This document shows, one piece after another, positions 1-7,678 of a DNA stretch of 64,000 bases. The notes below the pieces were generated by a model. The model ran no database searches and had not been told where the DNA came from. It saw nothing but the letters and a program-made list of their open reading frames with translations. This DNA is from an uncultured Actinomycetota bacterium (GTDB lineage Bacteria > Actinomycetota > Acidimicrobiia > Acidimicrobiales > Bog-793), in assembly GCA_963754255.1 (NCBI GenBank), contig CAVWEW010000011.1:34638-98637 (forward strand). Reading direction: 5' to 3'. The position numbers and the translations under genes are program-made. Numbering within the stretch: the stretch's first letter is position 1; every line of letters begins with the position of its first letter.

Positions 1-697
1 GCTCGGCGGGGATGATGTAGCGGGAGCCTGCTCCCGGAGGATCGATCTCACGGATCCAGCGGATCCTGGCGCCGGCGGAGGTGAAGGTCGCGGAGGCCAT
101 GATGTGCTCGATCCCGGTCCATCCGGAGGTCCCGGCTCGCTGCACTTCGCCGGCGACGAAGATCTCGTTCGGGGCGGCCTCGATGACGGGGGTCCCGGTG
201 ATGCCGAGGGGGTAGACGTCGCCGCAGCTGCTGCTGAGCGTCGGTGCCGACTGCACGGCCGACTGCTGAGCCGGTTTGCCGATCGAAAAGCTCCACGCCC
301 TCTTGCCGGTGGTCGTGTCGAAGGCGTCGACGAAATCGTCCTCCGTCGCCACGACGACCAGGTGCCCGTCGACGAGCGGCTGCCCGTAGACGCCCGCCGA
401 GAGATCTTGCCTCCAACGCGGCGACCGGCCGATGCCGGCGAGCGACGGGCTCTCGGGACCTGACCCGTCCCGGGCGTTCCCGTAGCCGTAGGTGAGCAGG
501 TTCTCCGAGGCGGCGCCGGGCGCGGCAACTGTGCTCGAGGTGCCCGGAACCGAGCTTGTCGACGGCCCGGTAGTCGAGGATGCCCGACCATGGTGCCCCG
601 CTCGAGGCGCCGAGGCGCTCGAGGCACAGGATGCCAGCGTGCCGGCCGCGAGGAGAACGGCCGCCACCGCCGCCAGCCGCCGGCGGACGCTGCCCAT
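1..697 (-). CDS. PQQ-like beta-propeller repeat protein, N-terminal part (gene runs off the left edge)
   Basis: Absent from the ORF track because it has no stop codon in the window. My reverse-complement translation from the ATG at 697 gives MGSVRRRLAAVAAVLLAAGTLASCASS..., then ...YGQPLVDGHLVVVATEDDFVDAFDTTTGKRAWSF...CGDVYPLGITGTPVIEAAPNEIFVAGEVQRAGTSGWTGIEHIMA...IDPPGAGS. This is colinear with, and clearly paralogous to, the 1292..2542 product. Confidence 0.7.
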   Translation of the reverse strand, partial: MGSVRRRLAAVAAVLLAAGTLASCASSASAPRAGHHGRASSTTGPSTSSVPGTSSTVAAPGAASENLLTYGYGNARDGSGPESPSLAGIGRSPRWRQDLSAGVYGQPLVDGHLVVVATEDDFVDAFDTTTGKRAWSFSIGKPAQQSAVQSAPTLSSSCGDVYPLGITGTPVIEAAPNEIFVAGEVQRAGTSGWTGIEHIMASATFTSAGARIRWIREIDPPGAGSRYIIPAE

Positions 698-729
698 GGA
701 GAACTTGTCTACTCTGCGACGGTGTCTGA

Positions 730-2542
730 TCAGCTCGGGGGGGCGAATGCCTCCACCCCTGATTGCCCGGGGACGAAGACTCGGCCGTCACCTGCCGCGG
801 GCGTGGCGAAATGCTCCACCGGGTCGACGAGACGATCCACCTGGAGCTTGCCCGTGAGCGGGCTGAGGCCGTACATGGTCTGATCTTTTCCCCTTCCGCC
901 GTCTGCTCCGGTCGACAGGGCCCACAGGAGGCCGCCGGCGAGGATGGGAGGGCCGTTCGACTCGACACCTGAAGGCGCCCGCCAGGCGACGGAGAAGGTG
1001 GGGGTCGAGGTCGTGCCGCCGATGGTGAGGGCGACGGTTCCACTCGGGCAGGGGACAAAGACGTACGTGACGCTCCTTCCCCCGACCGTCACCGACTGGG
1101 CGGCCTCGGCGCCGAACACGGAACCGCCGCTCGGGCAAACGGTCCCGGAGAAGAGCGGGTGCCCGATTCCGCCGAGCGCAGCCGGATCGAGCAGGTACCC
1201 GGTGCTGACGCCGTTCGTCTGTCTCTTGCCGATCTCGAATATCAGCTTCCCGCCCGGGAGCTGGATCGGGCCGCCCGAGCCGAGGTCGAGGTCAGCCGCG
1301 TTGCAGCGTGTACCAGTCCGACGGAGCGAAGTAGCTGTCGATCCGGGACAGGTCGGGCGAGAGCCCGATGACCGAGTCCCCGTAATCGAAAGGCTGCCCA
1401 GAGCTGGTGTTGGCGCTGTTCCCGGTGGCAACGAAGAGCTCGCCGCCGGAGCTGATCGACGCGCCTCCCGTCGACCAGATGGCCCCCTCCCGGGAGGTGG
1501 GCACCTTGAAGGACTGCAAGGCGCCCTGGCCCGACTCTGCCATGCTGACGACGTAGCCCTGGTACATGCCACAGTCCCCGTTCAGCCCGCCGTACTCGAC
1601 GTAGACCCGGCCGCCGGAAAGGCTCAGGGCCGAGCGCTGCTGTTCGGCGGCGGTGATATAGGTGGACCCGGCGCCGGGCGGGTCGATCTCGTGCGACCAG
1701 GTCACCGTGGCGCTCTGGCGGGTGATCGTCGCCGCCACCAAGACGTGCTCGACGCCTTGCCAGTCAGAGGTGCCCGCTCGCTGTACCTCGCCGGCGACGA
1801 AGAGCTCGCTATGGCCCTGCCCGCTGTGGGCGGCGTCGATGACCGGCGTCCCCGTGATGCCGAGAGGGAAGATGTCGCCGCACCCGGAGAGCCCGGGCGC
1901 TGAGCGGACGGTCGTCGCCGCGACCGGGCTGCCGAGACTGAAATGCCATTCGATGCCGCCCGTGGAGCCGTTGAGGCCCCAGACCATGTCGTCTTCGGTT
2001 CCCACGATCACCTGGTTCCCGATGACGAGAGGCTGGCCGTAGATGCCCCCGGGGAGAGACCTCGTCCAAGCGGGCAGCTTGCCGACAGCGGCGAGCGATG
2101 AATCGACCGTGTCGACGCCGTCCCGGCCGTTCCCGTAGTCATAGGTCAGGAGATTGCCCGTCCGGGCGGCTGCCGGGGGCGCCGTCCCGGGCCGTGCCAC
2201 CATCGTCTGCCGCGCCGCCACCGCCCGCAGGCGTGGCGGAGATACCGTGCCCGCAGTCTCACGCCGGGCGGCACTCGCGGTCGAGGCACTCGAGATCACG
2301 CCGCCGCTCACGAGCAAAGCCGCGCAGGCCGACGCCGCCGCCAGGGAACGGAACCGGCGGCCCCTGTTGAACGAGGCAGCGTTAGCCCGCGCAGCGTCGC
2401 CCGCCCGGAAGGGAACGTCCTTTATGGCCCAGGCCTTCCGTGGCCGATGACCGGTCATTTCGGCACCTCCTGCCTCCGGGGCCGCTTTTCGGACTCCGGT
2501 CAGGCGGAGCGTACCGCTGCCCCGTGGTGCGGGTCGGGTCAC
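730..2542 (-). pseudogene. PQQ-like beta-propeller repeat protein, secreted; reading frame broken near 1295-1306
   Basis: ORF 1292..2542 has signal-like RRFRSLAAASACAALLVSG, then ...IYGQPLVIGNQVIVGTEDDMVWGLNGSTGGIEWHF..., and ends ...APSDWYTLQRG*. ORF 730..1572 continues in another frame as NAADLDLGSGGPIQLPGGKLIFEIGK...LLWALSTG.... Removing one base in ctgCaacgcg restores YTLNAADLDLGS. It is a tandem paralog of the gene at 1..697. Confidence 0.7.
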
Positions 2543-2549
2543 GAGGTGG

Positions 2550-3236
2550 TCAGCCCCGGCGCCGTGGCCCTGGAGGCGAGCTCCTCGGTGGCCGGAGGCC
2601 GATGACGTCGTTGGCCTGCACTTCTCTGGGTGCAGGCTCTGACGGCATGCTCCGCACGACGCCCTGCCGCCGGCGTCTCACCTCGTCGACGATGCCCCAC
2701 CTCGCCGCCTCGCCGGCATCCATGAAGCGGCCGGCAGCACAGGCCGCTTCGACCTGGGCCAGTGGCCGCCGGCACGCTTCTGCCAATCGCTCGTGATAGC
2801 GCTCGACAGACACCTGGTGGTTCTCGACGAGGTGCTCGAGGTGGCTGGCCCTGCCCTCGATCTCCACCTCGGGATCGGCCAACCTGAACCTCGTGTGCTC
2901 GAGCGCCAGCCTCCGGCGGCAGACGGCCGCCACGAGCACGGCCGCCCCCTCCACGCGTCCGAGGCAGGTCACCTCGACCTCCACTCCGACGGCGTCGAGG
3001 ACATCGACCACGGCGAAGGCAGCTTCGAGCGGACCACCGGGGCTGTCGAGTTGCAACTCGATCCTGTCATCGCCGGTGGCGTCGAGCGTCATCAGCTTCG
3101 AGGCCGCCCTCGTGGCGGCACTGTGGTCGAGGCTGCCCCGGAGGACGACCACGCGGCGGTCGAAGAGATGGCTCTCCAGCCAGTCGTCCCACTCCGTCCG
3201 CTCTCCGCTCGTGCTCATCGCTGTTCCCTTCGTCAT
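2550..3236 (-). CDS. ClpP-family (S14 fold) protein lacking the Ser-His-Asp triad (ClpR-like pseudoprotease)
   Basis: 228-aa ORF colinear with ClpP: LQLDSPGGPLEAAFAVVD matches ClpP YINSPGG..AGMAIYD, and RFMDAGEAARWGIVDEV matches ClpP FMSAEEAKEYGLID. Residues aligning with the catalytic Ser, His and Asp are Gly (CLGRVEGAAV), Ala (FRLADPE) and Gly (ACAAGRFM). An ATGA start/stop overlap links it to the upstream HTH gene. Confidence 0.75.
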   Translation of the reverse strand: MTKGTAMSTSGERTEWDDWLESHLFDRRVVVLRGSLDHSAATRAASKLMTLDATGDDRIELQLDSPGGPLEAAFAVVDVLDAVGVEVEVTCLGRVEGAAVLVAAVCRRRLALEHTRFRLADPEVEIEGRASHLEHLVENHQVSVERYHERLAEACRRPLAQVEAACAAGRFMDAGEAARWGIVDEVRRRRQGVVRSMPSEPAPREVQANDVIGLRPPRSSPPGPRRRG

Positions 3237-3574
3237 TTTTGGCTTTCAGGCTGGACCGGAGTGAGCTGCCAGCTCAGCTCGTGGTCGATGGCGGCCGCGT
3301 AACGCTCGAGCGTCGACAGCCTGACGTCGGCGTCGCCTGATTCGAGGCGCGCCACCGCCGACTGCGACGTGCCCATTCTCGCCGCCACTTCCGTTTGCGT
3401 GAGACCGAGCACGACCCGACGTCCCTCCAGCAGGCTGACGAGCTCATGGCGGCGCTCTGCCATTTCCTTGAAGCCGGGGAAGACGGGTAGCCGCCGCCCC
3501 CCTGGACGGGAGTGAAACCCGGCGGAGGAACCTGCAGGCGGCGAGTCGGAGGGTGGAGGGGGTAGCGGCGTCAT
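3233..3574 (-). CDS. XRE/Cro-type helix-turn-helix transcriptional regulator
   Basis: 113-aa ORF with a classic HTH (LGLTQTEVAARMGTSQSAVARLESG). The N-terminus is Pro-rich, so the true start may be the internal Met at 3463. Its stop overlaps the start of 2550..3236. It is divergent from clpP, an arrangement reminiscent of ClgR/PopR regulators next to clpP genes. Confidence 0.75.
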   Translation of the reverse strand: MTPLPPPPSDSPPAGSSAGFHSRPGGRRLPVFPGFKEMAERRHELVSLLEGRRVVLGLTQTEVAARMGTSQSAVARLESGDADVRLSTLERYAAAIDHELSWQLTPVQPESQK

Positions 3575-3594
3575 CTCGTTTTCGATATCTTATA

Positions 3595-3610
3595 TTCGCG
3601 ATACCGCGAA
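3595..3610. promoter_or_regulatory. Perfect palindrome TTCGCG-ATAC-CGCGAA in the HTH/clpP divergent intergenic region (candidate operator)
   Basis: Read directly: ...cttatattcgcgataccgcgaaaggaag..ATG(3626). It sits in the only AT-rich stretch of the locus and overlaps a TATATT -10-like hexamer (3591..3596). It resembles the CGC-N5/6-GCG type ClgR boxes as I remember them. No binding data are available. Confidence 0.3.
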
Positions 3611-3625
3611 AGGAAGGGCTCTGGC

Positions 3626-4330
3626 ATGAACCTCGGCATCCGGCACTCGATCATCCCCACCGTCCTCGACCAGACGAGTCGGGGCGACAGGGCATACGAC
3701 ATCTTCTCGCTTCTGTTGCGGGAGCGAATCGTCTTCCTCGGCCAGGAGGTCGACGACCAGATCGCCAACCTCCTCGTCGCCGAGATCCTCTACCTCGAAG
3801 CCGAGGACCCGGAGAAGGACATCCACCTCTACATCAACTCCCCTGGCGGGCTCGGTTATGCGGGCATGGCGATCTACGACGTGATGCAGCACACCCGTTG
3901 CGAGGTGTCGACGATCTGCGTCGGCATGGGCATGTCGGCGGCGGCCATGATCCTCGCCGGCGGGGCGGCCGGGAAGCGCTTCGCCCTGCCGAACGCCAAG
4001 ATCATGATCCACGAGGGCAGCGCCGGCACGAGAGGGGCACCCCGGGACATGGAGATCCATCTCCGGGAGGTGCTCGCCACGACGAGGAGGATGGTCGACA
4101 TCCTCGCTCACCACACCGGCCGGAGCACCGAGGAGGTGGGCCGCGACATCGAGCGGGACCGATACATGACCGCCGAGGAGGCCAAGGACTACGGCCTCAT
4201 CGACGAGATAATCATGCCCCGCCGAGGCGTCTCGGCCACCCATCTCGAGCTGGCCGTCACCGGCTCGTCGATGGAGGCATCGGTGGCGGCTGCAGTCGCG
4301 GCGGCTCCCCTCACCCACAGCGGTACTTGA
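3626..4330 (+). CDS. clpP: ATP-dependent Clp protease proteolytic subunit, active-site intact, with a ~40-aa C-terminal extension
   Basis: 234-aa ORF: TSRGDRAYDIFSLLLRERIVFLGQEVDDQIANLLVAEILYLEAEDPEKDIHLYINSPGG. The catalytic Ser is in VGMGMSAAAM, the His in KIMIHEGS and the Asp in DIERDRYM. An AGGAAG RBS lies about 10 nt upstream. Confidence 0.85.
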   Translation: MNLGIRHSIIPTVLDQTSRGDRAYDIFSLLLRERIVFLGQEVDDQIANLLVAEILYLEAEDPEKDIHLYINSPGGLGYAGMAIYDVMQHTRCEVSTICVGMGMSAAAMILAGGAAGKRFALPNAKIMIHEGSAGTRGAPRDMEIHLREVLATTRRMVDILAHHTGRSTEEVGRDIERDRYMTAEEAKDYGLIDEIIMPRRGVSATHLELAVTGSSMEASVAAAVAAAPLTHSGT

Positions 4331-4509
4331 TCGCTCCGAAGGGAAATGTCTCGAGCACACCAAAGGCGTCTTTCGACCGCCTGACCCGAGGGGGCCGAGC
4401 CTCTCGGGCCGGCCTGCAAGCATTCCCGGCCGGCAGCACTAACCTTGTTCCGTGCTCGTCTGATCTCCGCCGCCGTGCTCTGTCCACCTGCGTCCCTCCG
4501 GAGATCCCC

Positions 4510-6264
4510 GTGTCACTTCACTCGTCTTCCTCGCCCGCCACCGTCGTGGCACACCGCCTGAGCAAGTCGCGCGGACTTGCTCCCATCCTCGTCGACGTCG
4601 ACATCACCGTCGGCCCGAGCCACCGGGTGGGCGTCGTGGGACCGAACGGCGTGGGCAAGACGACGCTGCTGCGCATCCTGGCCGGACTGGAGCCCCTCGA
4701 CACCGGCCGAGTGGTGCTCAGCCCGCCCGCGGCCACGGTCGGTTACCTGGCCCAGGAACCAGAGGTCGTGGCCGGAGAGAGCCTGCGGGATCTGCTGCTC
4801 CGGCGCACCGGAGTGGGCGAGGCCGAGCGGCGGCTCGAGGAGGCGGCCGCCGCCCTCGGCAACGGCGCAGGTGCGCCCGGCGGCGGCGCGGGAGAGGGTG
4901 CGCCCACCAACGCCGGAGGCGGTGAGACCGCCGGCAGAGGATCCGGCAGTGGTGCTGCCATGAGCGTCGCCGACCGCTACTCGGTAGCGCTCGAACGCTA
5001 CCTGGCTCTCGGCGGCCCGGACATCGATGCCCGGGTGGGCGGCGTGCTCGACGACCTCGGGATCGCCGAGCGATTGCTCGACGTGCACGTCTCGGACCTG
5101 TCGGGCGGCCAACGAGCCCGATCGTCCCTGGCCGCCTTGTTGCTGTCCCGCTTCGACGTGCTCCTTCTCGATGAGCCGACGAACGATCTCGACTTCGACG
5201 GGCTCGCTCGCCTCGAGTCGTTCCTCGAGCAGCGAGAGGGCGGCCTGGCCGTGGTCTCGCACGACAGGGCGTTCCTCGAGCGGATCGTCACCTCGGTTCT
5301 CGAGATCGAAGAGGCGTCCCACCGGGCGAACGAATACGGCGGCGGCTGGAGCGCCTATCTCGAGGCACGGGAGACCGCCCGCCTCCACGCCGAGCAGGCC
5401 TACGCCGGATACACCGAGGAGCGCGACCGGCTGAAGGCGCGCGAGCGCCTGCAGCGGCAGTGGTCCGTCCAGGGGGTGACGAGGGAGAAACGGAACCCCC
5501 GCGACAACGACAAGGCTCAGCGAGACTTCCGCATCAACCGCACGGAGAAGCAGGCTGCCAAAGTGCGGATCACCGAGAAGGCAATCCACCGGCTCGATCC
5601 CGTGGAGCGGCCCTTCGAGCCGTGGCAGCTCCACCTCGACCTCGCCCGCGCCCGCCGCAGCGGCGACGTCGTGGCCCGGCTGAAGAGCGCCGTCGTCCGG
5701 CGGGGCGAGTGGCACCTCGGCCCGGTCGACCTCGAGGTGCGATGGGCGGACCGGCTCGCCATTCTCGGGCCGAACGGCAGCGGCAAGACGACACTCCTCT
5801 CGGCGCTCCTCGGCCGCCTGCCGCTCGAATCCGGCGAGCAATGGCTGGGTCCTTCGGTGGTAGTCGGAGAGCTCGGCCAGGAAAGGCGGCGCTTCTCGGC
5901 CGGGGGGATCTCGCTGCTCGACGCATTCCTGTCCGCGGCGCCGCTCTCGAACGCCGAGGGGCGCTCGCTGCTGGCCAAGTTCGGCCTCGGTGCCGGTCAC
6001 GTTCTCCGGCCGGCCGGCTCGCTCTCGCCGGGCGAGCGGACAAGGGCGGAGCTGGCACTGTTGATGGCGAGAGGCACGAACTGCCTCGTCCTCGACGAGC
6101 CGACCAACCATCTCGATCTGCCGGCGATCGAGCAGCTCGAGCACGCCCTTCATGCCTGGGAAGGCACGCTCATGCTGGTCACCCACGATCGGCGACTGCT
6201 CGAGTCGGTGGCGCTCAGCCGACGGTTGGAACTTCTCGACGGACACCCCTCTACGCTCCGGTGA
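4510..6264 (+). CDS. ABC-F family ATPase (two NBDs, no transmembrane domain)
   Basis: This is the 3' two-thirds of track ORF 3553..6264; the 5' part of that ORF is an out-of-frame artefact across clpP. A GTG at 4510 is in frame. There are two Walker A motifs (GPNGVGKTTL, GPNGSGKTTL) and two signature/Walker B pairs (LSGGQRARSSLA..LLLDEPTNDLD; LSPGERTRAELA..LVLDEPTNHLD), a charged inter-domain linker, and a Gly-rich insert (GNGAGAPGGGAGEG...). Confidence 0.85.
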   Translation: MSLHSSSSPATVVAHRLSKSRGLAPILVDVDITVGPSHRVGVVGPNGVGKTTLLRILAGLEPLDTGRVVLSPPAATVGYLAQEPEVVAGESLRDLLLRRTGVGEAERRLEEAAAALGNGAGAPGGGAGEGAPTNAGGGETAGRGSGSGAAMSVADRYSVALERYLALGGPDIDARVGGVLDDLGIAERLLDVHVSDLSGGQRARSSLAALLLSRFDVLLLDEPTNDLDFDGLARLESFLEQREGGLAVVSHDRAFLERIVTSVLEIEEASHRANEYGGGWSAYLEARETARLHAEQAYAGYTEERDRLKARERLQRQWSVQGVTREKRNPRDNDKAQRDFRINRTEKQAAKVRITEKAIHRLDPVERPFEPWQLHLDLARARRSGDVVARLKSAVVRRGEWHLGPVDLEVRWADRLAILGPNGSGKTTLLSALLGRLPLESGEQWLGPSVVVGELGQERRRFSAGGISLLDAFLSAAPLSNAEGRSLLAKFGLGAGHVLRPAGSLSPGERTRAELALLMARGTNCLVLDEPTNHLDLPAIEQLEHALHAWEGTLMLVTHDRRLLESVALSRRLELLDGHPSTLR

Positions 6265-6767
6265 TGGACCGAGCCGAGTCGCCCGGTGCTCGTCTCGCAA
6301 CCGAGCAGGCGGCTGATTCAGCCGCCATGTCGGTGGCGCTGGAAGAGGCGCGGGCATCCCTTTCCCACGGTGACGTGCCCATCGGTGCCGTCGTGGTGGC
6401 CGGCGGGGAGATAATCGCCCGGCGGCACAACGAGCGCGAGCGCACCGGGGACCCGACAGCCCATGCCGAGGTGCTGGCGTTGCGAGACGCCGCCAAAAGG
6501 CTCGGCGGCTGGCGCCTCGGTGTGGCGACGTTGGTTGTGACGCTCGAGCCCTGCCCGATGTGCGCCGGCGCCCTCGTCGCCGCCCGGATCGGCCGCCTCG
6601 TCTTCGGTGCCGCCGACCTGAAGGGTGGGGCGTGCGGCTCGCTTTACAACCTCTGTGCCGACCCGAGGCTCAACCACGAGGTGCCGGTGACGGCGGGCCT
6701 CATGGCAGAGGCCTGCGGGGAACTTCTCGTCAAGTTCTTCGGCGAGCGCCGGGGCGGCCTTTCCTGA
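6264..6767 (+). CDS. tadA: tRNA adenosine(34) deaminase
   Basis: CDA-fold motifs HAEVLALRDA and TLEPCPMCAGAL are present. The ATG at 6264 shares one base with the ABC-F TGA stop (TGATG). An alternative start is the Met of MSVALEEA about 20 codons downstream. Confidence 0.85.
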   Translation: MDRAESPGARLATEQAADSAAMSVALEEARASLSHGDVPIGAVVVAGGEIIARRHNERERTGDPTAHAEVLALRDAAKRLGGWRLGVATLVVTLEPCPMCAGALVAARIGRLVFGAADLKGGACGSLYNLCADPRLNHEVPVTAGLMAEACGELLVKFFGERRGGLS

Positions 6768-6858
6768 CCGGCAGCGGCGGCCCGATGAGCAGGCGGAACC
6801 CATTGCAGCATTGGGGCGTGACAGGAACGTCCGCCCCGCCCCGGGCAATACTTGCGCC

Positions 6859-7551
6859 GTGACGGACGCCCGGGTGCGGCGCATCGACCTCGGTTACTTC
6901 GTGCGGCCGGCCGAGGAGACGGGAACGGGGAGGGCGCGGGTGGAACCCTGCCTCGGCTATCTGATAGATCACCCGGACGGCCTACTGCTGCTCGACACCG
7001 GGATGGGTGCTCACCCGGAAGTCGATGCTCACTACCGGCCACGGCGCCGGCCGCTGCCGGCGGCTGTGGCCGCCGGCGGGGCCACCATCGAGGACGTCCG
7101 CTTCGTCGTGAACTGCCATCTCCACTTCGACCACTGCGGCGGCAACCCCGGTCTCCTAGGCCGGCCCGTCTTCACGCAGAGGATCGAGCTGGAGACGGCC
7201 CGCGACACCCCGGACTACACCCTGCCCGAGCTGATAGACGTCGCCGGCCTCACTTACGAGGTGCTCGACGGCGAGGCCGAGATCCTTCCCGGTGTGCTCG
7301 TCGTGCCCACGCCGGGACATACGGCGGGGCATCAATCCCTCATCGTCCGCCGCAGCGACGGCACGGTCGTGGTGGCCGGCCAGAGCCACTCCTCGGCCTC
7401 CGACTACGGAGCTGACGTCCTTGCCTGGCGCGCCGGGAGGGACGGGCACTCGGCGGATCTGCCTGCGGTACCCGGCTGGATCGAGCGGATTCAACAGCTC
7501 GACCCGGCCCGGGTCCTCTTCGCCCACGACCGTTCTGTGTGGGAACCGTGA
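6859..7551 (+). CDS. MBL-fold metallo-hydrolase, N-acyl-homoserine-lactonase-like
   Basis: HxHxDH motif (NCHLHFDHCGG), a later TPGHTAGH motif and a terminal FAHD. The track ORF starts at 6811; the in-frame GTG at 6859 (VTDARVRRIDLGYF) looks more plausible. Confidence 0.7.
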   Translation: MTDARVRRIDLGYFVRPAEETGTGRARVEPCLGYLIDHPDGLLLLDTGMGAHPEVDAHYRPRRRPLPAAVAAGGATIEDVRFVVNCHLHFDHCGGNPGLLGRPVFTQRIELETARDTPDYTLPELIDVAGLTYEVLDGEAEILPGVLVVPTPGHTAGHQSLIVRRSDGTVVVAGQSHSSASDYGADVLAWRAGRDGHSADLPAVPGWIERIQQLDPARVLFAHDRSVWEP

Positions 7552-7678
7552 GCCCCGGCCGCGGGCCACCGGCCGCTGGGCCAACCGCCACTCACCACTG
7601 AGCCAATCGCCACTGGGCCGCCGCCCGTAAGCCGCCGCCAGTAGTCCGCCGGGCGATCGTAGAGGCCAGACTTGAGCA

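Noticed and set aside
48-1058. Many long ORFs in the track lie opposite to, or out of frame with, the genes called above. Examples: 48..1058(-), 3553..4509 (the 5' part of the 903-aa ORF), 4513..6357(-), 17177..19651(+), 54856..56523(-), 62123..63688(+) and 15963..17021(-).
   Set aside because: Their products are Arg/Pro/Gly/Ala-rich low-complexity strings with no recognisable motifs. They overlap strongly supported genes. Long spurious ORFs of this kind are expected on the antisense and shifted frames of DNA this GC-rich.
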